Shown here: positions 1 to 12,054 of the stretch, in pieces
Layout of the letters: every line of letters starts with the position of its first letter
How positions within the stretch are numbered: the stretch's first letter is position 1
NCBI GenBank assembly: GCA_951406725.2
Contig: OX597837.1
Span: 37,200,001-37,264,000 of the forward strand
Source of the DNA: Octopus vulgaris
Lineage: Eukaryota
Direction of reading: 5' to 3'
DNA length: 64,000 nt
The notes under the pieces: model-generated
What the model saw: the letters and a program-made list of their open reading frames with translations, nothing else
What the model was told of the DNA's origin: nothing
The model's database searches: none
Position numbers and translations under genes: made by a program

Positions 1-521
1 ACCTATGATGCTAAAAATAAGAGCTAAAATACTCTTAATGCAGTAGGAAGAGTGCATAAAGTATACATACATGATGACAGGGGAGGCATTTAGTAATTAA
101 GACTGTAGCCCTGCTGGGCACCACCCCCGAGAATTTTAGTTGAATGAATCGATTCCAGTTTTTTTTTTAAGTCTTATACTTATTCTGTAGCTAAGTTATG
201 GGGACATCCTCACACACATTCATGCACACGTAAAAATTCACAAACACAGACATGTGCATATGTGCATGTATATATGCAAGCGTATATGTGTCTATACATA
301 TGCATCCACACATATGGATGCATATCTTTTATCTTGTATCTTTTACTTGTTTCAGTCATTAGACTGCAGCTACACTGTATATATATATATATATATTAGA
401 ATAAACCACCTTTTATATTTATATATATAATATATATATTATATTTTGTGAAATTTGATTTAGTATTTCTAAATTGAATTTTTCCCTGTAAGTTAGGAAT
501 AATATTCCCTCAAATAATTAT

Positions 522-560
<39 letters not shown>

Positions 561-711
561 ATATGTTTATATGCATATATGTGTGTGTGTGTGTGTGTGT
601 GTGTATGAAGAAAGATATTCACAGCAAATATTAGATAACGAACCAGTAAGTCTTTGGCTACTACTATCCCTTAATGAGGCTTATTTAACCTCTAATTGAA
701 ATTATTATATA

Positions 712-792
<81 letters not shown>

Positions 793-2148
793 ATATAGAT
801 GTATATAAATATGTGTATACGTATGTATCTGTATGTATATGTGTGTAAACAACATTTGGGCGTGGTCGTTGCCAGTGTCACCAGACTGGCTCCCGTGCAG
901 GTAGTACGCAAAAAACACCTTTTGAGCGTGGTCATTGCCAGAACTGTCTGACTGGCCCTTGTGCTGGTGTTATGTAAAAGCACCCACTACGCTCTTGGAG
1001 TGGTTGGCATTAGGAAGGGCATCCAGCTTGAGAGACTTTGCCAGATCAGATTGAGCCTGGTGCAGCCTATGGTTCACCAGTCCTCAGTCAAACCGTCCAA
1101 CCCATGCCAGCATGGAGAGCGGACGTTAAACGACGATGATGATATATATATATACTCTTTTACTTGTTTCAGTCATTTGACTGCAGCCATGCTGGAGCAC
1201 CGCCTGTAGTTGAGCAAATCGACCCCGGGACTTATTCTTTGTAAGCCCAGTACTTATTCTATCGGTCTCTTTTGCCGAACCGCTAAATGACGGGGACGTA
1301 AACACACCTGCATCGGTTGTCAAGCAATGCTAGGGGGACAAACACAAACATATACACACACACTCATATATATATATATATATACGACGGGCCTCTTTCA
1401 GTTTCCGTCTACCAAATCCACTCACAAGGCATTGGTTGGCCCGGAGCTATAGCAGAAGACACTTGCCCAAGATGCCACGCAGTGGGACTGAACCTGGAAC
1501 CATGTGGTTGGTTAGCAAGCTACTTACCATACAGCCACTCCTGCGCCTATGATGGGCTTCTTTCAGTTTCTGTCTACCGAATTCACTCACAAGGCTTTGG
1601 TCAGTCCGAGGCTATAGAAAAAGACACTTGCCCAGTGTTCCACCATTCAGTGGGATTGAACCCAGGACCATGTGGTTGGGAAGCAAGCTTCTTAACACGT
1701 TGCACAAACACGCTCGGCCTGGCAATTAAATAGACGACCTAAATACTTGCAACGTGATTACACAACAGTCAGTTCTTTATGACTACCACCCCTACTACGA
1801 CCACCCCTACTACAATAACAACAATGTCACATTGGAACTGCGTTGTAGCATGCCAGAAAAGAAAAGAAAAAAAACAACAAAATCACCCACTTAAATCTCA
1901 ATGACACTTTATTCACTGGGCTTTTCCCACTTTCTGCTGCTTCTGCTGCTGCTGCTGCTTTAGTGCAAGTGTACTTGTACAGTTATGGAGAAAGATAGAA
2001 CTAAAAGTTACAATAAAAGCATCGTTATGATTAATGACACTGAAAATGTCAAAAATTAGGCTAATTTAATATGCTAATAATTTCAATGAATTTATTATAA
2101 TATTGATGTGATATTAACTGTATACCTACTTTTGCACCCCCACCAGCC

Positions 2149-2185
<37 letters not shown>

Positions 2186-2624
2186 CCTCCATGCCGGTGG
2201 CACGTAAAAAGCACCATCCGTTCGTGGCCGATGCCAGCCTTGCCTGGCCCCCGTGCCGGTGGCATGTAAACGGCACCATCCGATCGTGGCCGTTTGCCAG
2301 CTCCGTCTGGCACCTGTGCGGGTGGCACGTAAAAAGCACCCACTACACTCACGGAGTGGTTGGCGTTAGGAAGGGCATCCAGCCGTAGAAACACTGCCAG
2401 ATCAGACTGGGCCTGATGCAGCCTTCTGGCTTCACAGACCCCAGTTGAACTGTCCAACCCATGCAAGCATGGAAAGGGGACGCTAAATGATGACGATGAT
2501 GATATCTCACTTTGATCACTTTGACCGACCAGGCTATCAGATGTTGTTACACATCGCTGGTCACAATGCGCTTTGCATTGTTTTAGCCTTCAAATGACAC
2601 CACCCCGCTGGCTAAGCGAGCAGG

Positions 2625-2676
<52 letters not shown>

Positions 2677-3388
2677 TACATAATTACATACATATCATCA
2701 TCATCCTTTAACGCTCGTTTTCCATGCTAGCATGGGTTGGATGGTTTGACCGGAGTCTGGGAAGCCAGGGGGCTGCACCAGGCTCCAGTCTGATCTGGCA
2801 GTGTTTCTGCAGCTGGATGCCCTTCCTAACGCCAACCACTCCGTGAGTGTAGTGGGTGCTTTTTACGTGTTACCACTACAGGTGCCAGGGGAGGCTGGCA
2901 ACGGCCACGATCGGCTGGTGCTTTTTATGTGTCACCGGCACACACACATATATATGTATATATGTTCTTTTTATTTGTTCCAGTCGTTTGACTGCGGCCA
3001 TGCTGGAGCTCAGCCATGAAGTGTTTTTGCCAAACGATTTGACTGCAGGACTTTTATTTTTTAAAACCTACTTATTCTATCATCTGTTTGCTGAACTGCT
3101 AAGTTATCGGGATGTAAATACACCAACCAAAAATAAGTAGCTGAAGGACTGTTCAGTCTCCATATCTGTTTTGACATGGTTTCTGCAGCTGGATGCCCTT
3201 CCTAACGCCAGTCACTCTACAGAGCATACTGGGTGCTTCCATGCAGCACTGACACAGGTGCTTTTTACATGGCACCAGCCCGTACAAGCTTGTATGCAAG
3301 GGCATCCATGCTTTTACTTAGCGTGACATGCCCTTTCAAGCACAGCAAATATAAGAAAATGAGATGACAAAAGAAAATGAACTGCATC

Positions 3389-3469
3389 AGCTTACAACTG
3401 TTTCTGCTATGAGATGCAGTGCACTCATAATTGAGTGCTTGAGTAACATCTTATAGCTTCATCAGAGCC
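3389..3469 (-). ncRNA. Candidate minimal type I hammerhead ribozyme (Penelope-like element type)
   Basis: Minus strand ggct-CTGATGA-a-gctataagatg...gcactca/tgagtgc...catctcatagc-a-GAAA-cagttg-TA-agct. Core boxes present, long stem II with apical hairpin, near-palindromic helix III, GUA triplet, stem I GGCU/AGCU. Confidence 0.55.
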
Positions 3470-4069
3470 TGCACTTCATATTCAGGGTTCTGATGACACT
3501 ATAAGGTGTATGTGTATATACATGTAGGTATGTATGTAAATGTATTGTATATATGTATGTCTTGTATATATATATGTATGTAAATGTATTGTATATATGT
3601 ATGTCTTGTATATATATATGTATGTAAATGTGTGTATGTATGAATTGTGTGTATGTATGAATTGTATGTATGTAAATGTGTGTGTGTGTATATATGTATT
3701 GCACCCATGCCTGTGTGATGACTCAAAGGTGACGCCTTGCAAGCTGTGGTTTATGGTTGCACGCGTGTTAGTGTTTAAGTTTCTCGGCAGTGTCCATGTA
3801 CGCATTATGAACGTGTCAACCTGTGTCACATGGGTGCATATGAGTGTGCATGAGCTTGTATGTCAGTGCATATACTCTTTACTCTCTTACTTGTTTCAGT
3901 CATTTGACTGTGGCCATGCTGGAGCACCGCCTTTAGTCGAGCAAATCAACCCCAGGACTTATTCTTTGTAAGCCCAGTACTTATTCTATCGGACTCTTTT
4001 GCCAAACCGCTAAGTGATGGGGACGTAAACACACCAGCATCAGTTGTCAAGCAATGCTAGAGGGACAAA

Positions 4070-4130
<61 letters not shown>

Positions 4131-4572
4131 TAAATACCACAGGCTTCTTTCAGTTTCCGTCTACCAAATCCACTCACAAGGCATTGGTCGGCCCAGGGCT
4201 ATAGCAGAAGACACTTGCCCAAGATGCCACACAGTGGGACTGAACCCGGAACCATGTGGTTGGTTAGCAAGCTACTTACCACACAGCCACTCCTGCGCCT
4301 ATGTTTGTTTGTATATATATATATATATATAAGTCCCGGGGTCGAGTTGCTCGATTAAAGGCGGTGCTCCAGCATGGTCGCAGTCAAATGACTGAAACAA
4401 GTAAAAGAGTAGAAGAATAAAATAAGTACCAGTGATTACTGGGTTTGATGTAATTGACTCACCCTCTCCCACTGAAATTTCTGGCCTTTTACCAAAATTT
4501 TTTACCAAAATTTCTGGCCTTTTACCAAAATTTGAAACCGATGTATTAATTCCTTATTTTGCTTCTTTGCAG

Positions 4573-5814
4573 CACCACTGTGGATTCTACCGTACTATGC
4601 TGGATCCATGTCTTATAGGAGCTGATAAAATTCTTGAAAAATTCGGTTACCGAACCATCCATGGAGAGTCTTTTCAATTAAATGCAAAACCAGACTCGGC
4701 ATGCCTTTTAAAAATGAGCGTTCAGTGCCTGCTCGCGTACAGTGAGTACAAGATCGTCTCAAAAGCTTGTGAATCGGCCCAATCAACAGACTACGAAACC
4801 GCTTTACTCATGCATCTAGAAAGTGGTGGAAGCAGCAAGCAATTAGCGGAAAAACTGAGATCAGAGTCTAACGAAGTATTATCTAAAAGCACTGAGTCGA
4901 GTCTGTCCAGTGAGTACTCTCGGTGTTTACCAGAATCTTACCATGGTAACGATACCAACAGTCCCTCATTGGTCTCGAAACGAGCCCCTCCTCCTTATTC
5001 TTCTCATACACTCGGTAGATCTTTATCTAACTCAAACAAATACGAGAACTTTGATAAATATTCTTACACAGTACAACACTCCCCCAAAATACTAGCCAAC
5101 AGTTTTTATTCCTGTCAACAACAGGAAAAGTTCCAAATTCACAAAAACAAACGACCCCTATGTTTACAGACAGATGGCTGTAGTGATAATGAATATTTAC
5201 TACATACTTCTGCACAGAACTGCTTTTCCGGTGCGAGTCCCATGTATGAAAAACACGTCAGTTCTCCACCCTATATGGCGACAAACAATTACGTTATGGA
5301 CTCCAGCCTGGCCACGTCTCCTTACAAAGTGGAATCCACATACCGAGACTCGGCGTACGGCTCTTCATACGACGCTCCTTCATTGAATATTCAGTCACAC
5401 AGCAGCAACAGCAGACCAAGACAGCCCATGGAACACTCCCTGGGGAAAACCTACGACGACTACAATGGATGTAGCAAAGCTTTCGAACGGAACACACCGT
5501 CGCCGCAATCTCCCGTCGCCGATTTGACCATGGACTATCAGTCGAAGTTGAACTTCAGCAGCAATGACTCGCTTTCGTCGGAAAACGAATGGAGCTGCGG
5601 CAAATGCACTGTGAAAAATCCGAGCAGTTTGTCAGTGTGTTACCTTTGTGAAACTAGTCGCTATGCTGTTTCCAATATGGCCACCACCCAGCAGATGAAT
5701 CACAAACAGAGTGGCGAAAGGGTGTGCGAAAACTGCACGTTAAAGAACGCAGTCACTGCACGCAAATGTTCTGCATGTGGCCACCACTTCAAAGGTTATC
5801 ACACATCTGTATAA
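4573..5814 (+). CDS. Terminal coding exon of a tamozhennic/SPATA2-like protein (C-terminal part of PUB-like domain, Ser-rich linker, two RanBP2-type C4 zinc fingers)
   Basis: Acceptor ttttgcttctttgcag|CAC at 4572/4573 (phase 0), open to TAA at 5812-5814. HHCGFYRTMLDPCLIGADKILEKFGY resembles the recalled tamozhennic/SPATA2 PUB segment (YCGFY...L.GA..IL...GY). WSCGKCTVKNPSSLSVCYLC and VCENCTLKNAVTARKCSAC fit W-x-C-x2-C-x3-N-x6-C-x2-C (the second lacks the W). The ORF-track extension 4432-4572 is SINE/intron sequence. Upstream exons were not identified in the window. Confidence 0.85.
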   Translation, partial: HHCGFYRTMLDPCLIGADKILEKFGYRTIHGESFQLNAKPDSACLLKMSVQCLLAYSEYKIVSKACESAQSTDYETALLMHLESGGSSKQLAEKLRSESNEVLSKSTESSLSSEYSRCLPESYHGNDTNSPSLVSKRAPPPYSSHTLGRSLSNSNKYENFDKYSYTVQHSPKILANSFYSCQQQEKFQIHKNKRPLCLQTDGCSDNEYLLHTSAQNCFSGASPMYEKHVSSPPYMATNNYVMDSSLATSPYKVESTYRDSAYGSSYDAPSLNIQSHSSNSRPRQPMEHSLGKTYDDYNGCSKAFERNTPSPQSPVADLTMDYQSKLNFSSNDSLSSENEWSCGKCTVKNPSSLSVCYLCETSRYAVSNMATTQQMNHKQSGERVCENCTLKNAVTARKCSACGHHFKGYHTSV

Positions 5815-6299
5815 AAAATATATTTTATTTTTTTCAAATTCCATTCTCTTTATTTTCTTTAGTTGTTTTTTGTTTGTTTTTATTTTGTTTTGTTTTTTTC
5901 TCCTTTTCTGCCCCCAACAAACATTGACAATTTTCGAAATCTTGGTCTAAACTTATTTATCTAACAAATCAAAACACAGACGTAACGAAAATTCAAAACA
6001 AAATAATTATTATTATTATTATTATTATTTAATTTTTTTTTTTCTGTAAGGGGGAGGAAATAATTCAGTTTTTTGTTGTTGTTGTTGTTGTTGTATGTAA
6101 TTTGTGGTGTTGTTGTTGTTGTTGTCATCGTCATCATTGTAGTGTGATGTGTATCTCTAGTGTAAAAATTAGTTATAAAACTCACTTTTCTTTCAAACTA
6201 GAAGACATTACATTTGAAAAATCAAAAAAGAAATTGTTGTTATTATTATTATTATTATTATTGTCGTTGTTATTATTGTTGTTGTTATTATTATTATTA

Positions 6300-6451
6300 C
6301 TTGATACTCAGAGACCAGACATTGTTGTAGTGGATAAAAGGAGGAAGGAAACCAAGATCATGGGTATTGCCATACCCGGGTACACATGAGCGGGTGAGAA
6401 AGAGTTGGAAAAGATTCAAGAATACAAGCCACTAAAAGGCGAAATAGCACA
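6300..6451 (+). mobile_element. Restriction-like endonuclease fragment of a Dong/R4-like retrotransposon
   Basis: RPDIVVVDKRRKETKIMGIAIP...EKELEKIQEYKPLKGEI (PD-(D/E)xK-type motif, second acidic residue mutated), embedded in (TTA)n tracts. Confidence 0.75.
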
Positions 6452-6966
6452 AATTATTATTATTATCATCATTATTATTATTATTATTATTATCATTATT
6501 ATTATTATTATCATTATCATTATTATTATCATTATTATTATTATTATCATTATTATCATCATTATCATTATTATCATCATTATCATTATTATCATCATTA
6601 TTATTATTATCATCATTATTATTATTTTCATCATTATTATTATTATTATTATCATTATTATTATCATTATTATTATTATTATCATTATTATCATCATTAT
6701 CATTATTATCATCATTATTATTATTTTCATCATTATTATTATTTTCATCATTATTATTATTATTATTATCATCATTATTATTATTATCATCATTATCATT
6801 ATTATTATTATTATCATTATTATCATCATTATCATTATTATCATCATTATCATTATTATCATCATTATCATTATTATCATCATTATCATTATTATCATCA
6901 TTATTATTATTATCATCATTATTATTATTTTCATCATTATTATTATTATTATTATCATTATTATTA

Positions 6967-6998
<32 letters not shown>
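6452..6998. repeat. (ATT/ATC)n trinucleotide microsatellite, about 550 bp
   Basis: Direct reading. Confidence 0.97.
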
Positions 6999-7508
6999 GA
7001 AGGTGGTGAGCTGGCTGGAATCGTTAGCATACTGGATGAAATGCTTAGTGGTATTTCATCTGCCATTACGTTCTGAGTTCAAATTCCGCTGAGGTTGACT
7101 TTGCCTTTCTTCCTTTTGGGGTCGATAAATTAAGTACCAGTGAAACACTGGGGTCAATGCAATTGACTAGTCCCCTCCCACCAAACTTGAGGCCTTGTGC
7201 CTTTAGTAGAAAGAATTATTATCACTATTATTATTATAGGCGCAGGAGTGGCTGTGTGGTAAGTAGCTTGCTAACCAACCACATGGTTCCGGGGTCAGTC
7301 CCACTGCGTGGCATCTTGGGCAAGTGTCTTCTACTATAGCCTCGGGCCAACCAATGCCTTGTGAGTGGATTTGGTAGACGGAAACTGAAAGAAGCCTGTC
7401 GTATATATGTATATATATATATATATATATAAAGTCTGTGTTGTGTTGTCTGTGTTGAAAACACACAGAAGCACACACACACACACACACACACAACTAA
7501 AAAATAAC

Positions 7509-7546
<38 letters not shown>

Positions 7547-8161
7547 TGTTTTTGAAGTCTGTGTTGCATTGTGTTGATAAACTTGCTCTTAAAATTCCCG
7601 CATTTTTAATCAAAACCTTTTAGTTACTATGGTGACAACACTATCTATCTATCTATCTGTCTTTCACTTTCTCTCTCTCTCTCTTACTAGTTCTCTCCCA
7701 TGTCGATTCCTCCCCTTCTTGCCTCCCTCTACATAGTTGTTAGAAACAGACAGATGAAGATCAGCTTCTTACATCTTATATTATCAAGGTGATGAGCTGG
7801 CAGAATCTTTAACGTGCCAGGCGAAATGCTTAGCAACATTTCATCCATCTTTACATTCTGAGTTCATATTCCGCTGAGGTTGGCTTTGCCTCTCATCCTT
7901 TCAGGTACCAGTTGAACACTGGAGTCAATGTAATTGACTTTACCCGCTCCCTGAACTTGCTGGCCTTGTGCCAAAATTTGAAATCATTGAGATGAGGGTA
8001 GTAGCTTCTTTACACCAAGGAATGATGGCAACAGTGATATCTATCCTCATCGTTCAGAGGCATTTTCTATCTAGAATTAAGCAGGGCTGTGTTTTTGCTC
8101 CTATAATTTTTGCCATATTCTTTGTGATGTTGCCCCAACATGCTTATAAGAATTACCATGA

Positions 8162-8568
8162 AGGCGGAAGCTGGTAGAAACGTTAGCAAGCTGGGTGAAA
8201 TGCGTAGCGGTATTCCGTCTGCCGTTACGTTCTGAGTTCAAATTCTGCCGAGGTCGACTTTATCCTTTCGGGGTCGATAAATTAAGTACCAGTTATGCAC
8301 TGGGTCAATGTAATCGACTTAATCGTTTGTCTGTCCTTGTTTGTCCCTTCTATGTTTAGCCCCTTGTGGGTAGTAAAGAAATAGGTATTTCGTCTGCTGT
8401 TACGTTCTGAGTTCAAATTCTGCCAAGGTCGACTTTGCTTTTCATCCTTTCGGGGTCGATAAATTAAGCACCATTTACGCACTGGGGTCGATACAATCGA
8501 CTTAATCCATCTGTCTGTCCTTGTTTGTCTCCTCTGTGTTTAGCCCCTTGTGGGTAGTAAAGATATAG
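8162..8568 (+). mobile_element. tRNA-derived SINE family B (Nin/Deu-like central domain), copy with tandem self-duplication
   Basis: Head GGCGGCGAGCTGGCAGAA...GAGTTCAAATTCC, central GCCTTTCATCCTTTCGGGGTCGATAAATTAAGTACCAG, tail ...AAAGAAATAGGT. Other copies, approximate: 7000-7215, 7787-7985, 11392-12620 (cluster), 13991-14222(-), 23057-23288(-), 27590-27795(-), 37594-38015, 42108-42295(-), 49734-49963(-), 50955-51730(-, cluster), 52337-52511(-), 57130-57362(-). The Nin/Deu label is from memory. Confidence 0.85.
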
Positions 8569-8969
8569 GTGTAAAATTTCAGTTTCACAAAGATGGAGGT
8601 CTAGTGAACCTAAATGGGCAAATCTTCAGATCAAAGGAAAAAGACCAAAGAAGAGGGTCTATGTGATGTTCTGTTCACCAATGATTGTACTTTGATTTCT
8701 TGTACATTTGAAGGAATTCAGGAAATGGTCAACAGGTTTGTTGCAGCACTTCATGCATTCGGGCTGATTATCAGCATTAAGAAGGCAGAAGTTTTACTCC
8801 AAGCAAAGCCTACTTAAGATTGAAATGTGAAAATAAACCAGTGAAATGGGTCAAATCCTTTAAATATCTCAGAAGTACAGTTAAACTTTTAAGAGTACTC
8901 TTGATGAGGAAATCGAGGTTAGGATATCTGAGGCCATAAGTACTTTTGGAAAACTTTCTCATCGTTTGT

Positions 8970-9564
8970 CATCATCATCATCATCATTGTTCGACCGTGG
9001 TCGAGACAATGGAATTTACTATGCTACACCAGACCTCACGGTCCATCATAGCATTACGGAGGTCCTGTTGCTGGATGCCTGTATCCCTGGAGATTACATC
9101 AGGGTAGGAGAGTGTGCGCCTTCTGGTATTGCGAGTAGATGGCTTCCAGAGGAGAAGAGTAGAAATTACTTCTTTTTCAGCTCTACAACAATGTCCAGCA
9201 AACTGGACTCTCCTACCTTTCACAAGAGATGACACAGGTGGTAGTTTCCCATATATTTGCATTTTGGTTGGATGGCGCTTCCACAAGAGATTCTGAGCTC
9301 TCATAAGGAGGCGAGTGTAGGTTCCATCCAACCACCTCTCAAGCTTCTTTGATAACGTCCAGGTTTCTGAGCCATATAGTGGAATTGGTTCGACTGTGGC
9401 TTTGAATAGTTCAAGTTTGAAGTCTCTACTTAGATTTGATGACCAGATCTTATGCATGTCATTACAGGCTGACCAGGCCATACCCTTTCTAGTTAGAAAG
9501 TCTTTTCCAGATGATGATATGTATGACCCAAGATATTTATAATCAGAAACCATATTTAAAGGCG
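8970..9564 (-). mobile_element. 5'-truncated RTE-clade LINE 3' end with (TGA)n tail and 10-bp TSD
   Basis: Intact 189-aa frame (YKYLGSYI, VEPIPLYGSETWTLSK, FAGHCCR). TSD CATCGTTTGT at 8960-8969 and 9565-9574. Confidence 0.9.
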
Positions 9565-10367
9565 CATCGTTTGTAGGATGATCACAATGTCAGTTTGGAA
9601 ACTAAAATAACTAAAATACGAATCTTGTGTGTTTGGGCACACTTGTTTTACAGGGCAGAAGCATGAACTTTCTACTAAAGATATTTCAAATAAATACAGT
9701 TGATAACAAAATAATTTCCAGCATCAAGATTATGTAAATTATTATAAAATATAATATTACATACTCTTACTCTTTTACATGTTTCAGTCATTTGACTGCG
9801 GCCATGCTGGAGCACCGCCTTTAGTCGAGCAAATCGACCCCGGGAGTTATTCTTTGTAAGCCCAGTACTTATTCTATCAGTCTCTTTTGCCAAACCGCTA
9901 AGTGACGGGTATGTAAACACACCAACATCGGTTGTCAAGCAATGCTAGGGGTACAAACACAGACACACAAACACATACACATACATACATATATACGACA
10001 GGCTTCTTTCAGTTTCCGTCCACCAAATCCACTCACAAGGCATTGGTCGGCCCGGGGCTATAGCAGAAGACACTTGCCCAAGATGCCACGCAGTGGGACT
10101 GAATCCGGAACCATGTGGTTGGTTAGCAAGCTACTTACCACACAGCCACTCCTGCGCGTTGAAAATTAATATTTAAAATAACTTGTCAATTAAGTGTAAA
10201 GTATCTTTCACATGTGGCTGTGTGGTAATTAGCTTGCTTACCAATCACATGGTTCCGGGTTCAGTCCCACTGCGTGGCACCTTCGGCAAATGTCTTCTAC
10301 TATAGCCTCGGGCCAACCAAAGCCTTGTGAGTGGATTTGGTAGATGGAAACTGAAAGAAGCCCGTCG

Positions 10368-10409
<42 letters not shown>

Positions 10410-12022
10410 AGTGCAGGAGTGACTGTGTCGTAAGTAGCTTGCTTACCAACCACGTGGTTCCGGGTTCAGTCCCACTGTGTGGCACCTTCAGCAAGTGTCT
10501 TCTACTATAGCCTCGGGCCGACCAAAGCCTTGTGAGTGGATTTGGTAGACGGAAACTGAAAGATGCCCGTCATATATATGTATATATATATATATGTATA
10601 TGTGTGTGTGTATGTTTATGTTTGTCCCCCTAGCATTGCTTGACAACCGATGCTGGTGTATTTATGTCCCCATCACTTAGCGGTTCGGCAAAAGAGACCG
10701 ATAGAATAAGTACTGGGCTTACAAAGAATGAGTCCCGAGGTCGAGTTGCTCGACTAAAGGCGGTGCTCCAGCATGGCCGTAGTCAAATGTCTGACACAAG
10801 TAAAAGAGTATGTGCTATATGCGCAATATCTACAGTGTAAAATGACAGGATAAAGTGTCAAATGTCAAAAATGTCAAAATGTGCTATCTCGAATATTAAA
10901 AGCATGCTGTTGAAAGTTCAGTGCAGAGAAACAGGACATGTTTGACTGCAAGCTGATCGCATTCCAAAAATGTTTTGTGTGACCAATAAATAGAGACATT
11001 CTCTGGTGAAAGAAGACCCATCCTTAGATATAAGGATATGTTGAAGCAATGACTAAAATCCTTAAAACTTGATTTGACATTTTAGGGGAAAGTCATTGGC
11101 CAAATCTATCTGAGTGGTGTAAAATGTGTCAAGATACATCAAAACAATTTGAGTTGAAGAAGCAGAACAATTAAAACATTATATTCTGTAATCAACAGAG
11201 ACATTCGTCCAATCCCAGGCAAAATTGAAATCAGCAATGTCTCCATTGTGACTTCCTAGTAAAATCCAAATTTGGACTCAAATTACATTCACACATCCAT
11301 TGGATACATTTCAAAATTTAATCCTTTCCAGAAGCCACTCATGTACTGAAATCGATAGGAGTGACCATCATCATCATCATCATCGTTATTAAGGCGGTGA
11401 AATGGCAGAATCACTCGTGTGCCAGACAAAATGCTTAGTGGTATTTCACCTGTCATTATTTTCTGAGATCAAATTCCCTCGAGGTCATCTTTGCCTTCCG
11501 TCATTTCGAGTCGATAAAATAAGTACCAGTTGAGTACTGGGGTCAATATAATTGATTAACCCCTTTTCCCAAATTTTCTGACCATGTGGCTTCAGTAGAA
11601 AGAATTATTATTATTATTATTATTATTATTAAGGCAGTGAGCTAGCAGAATCATTAGCACACTGGGCGAAATGCTTAGTGGTATTTCATCTGCCGTTACG
11701 TTCTGCGTTCAAATTCCGCCGAGGTTGACTTTGCCTTTCATCCTTTCAGGGTCGATAAATTGAGTACCAGTTACACACTGGGGTCGATGTGTTCGACTCG
11801 ATCCGTTTGTCTGTCCTTGTTCGTTCCCATCTGTGTTTAGCCCCTTGTGGGTAGTAAAGAAATAGGTATTTCATCTGCCACGTTCCGAGTTCAAATTTCG
11901 CTGAGGCTGAATTTTTCCTTTGATTCTTTCGAGGTTGATAAATTAAGTACCAGTGAATCATTGGGGTTAATCTACTAGTTCCCTCCCCTCAAATTTCAGG
12001 CCTTGTGCCTATAGTAGAAAGG

Positions 12023-12054
<32 letters not shown>

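Larger units (their letters stand above)
7990..9610 (+). mobile_element. Decayed RTE (BovB-like) LINE reverse-transcriptase fragment, interrupted by SINE B and by a second LINE
   Basis: Translations IKQGCVFAPIIFAIFF, DVLFTNDCTL (YADD region), FGLIISIKKAEVL, FKYLRSTV, FGKLSHRL*DDHNVSLETKI, with stops and frameshifts. Confidence 0.8.

Noticed and set aside
660-705. Hammerhead-like CTTAATGA-gg...cctc..GAAA
   Set aside because: Core is mutated and stems are not convincing.
1317-1733. Recurrent small ORFs such as YDGLLSVSVYQIHSQG...RCHAVGLNPEPCGW appearing as a multigene family
   Set aside because: Antisense translations of SINE family A.
4432-4572. N-terminal extension of the 460-aa ORF
   Set aside because: SINE B tail with a local tandem duplication and a polypyrimidine tract; coding similarity begins at the acceptor at 4573.
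6405-7076. Long poly-Ile/poly-Met ORFs (and poly-Thr/His/Pro/Val ORFs at 29612-30510, 43051-44695, 23472-23902)
   Set aside because: Stop-free frames of trinucleotide microsatellites; the only coding parts are the short true exons that some of them overlap.
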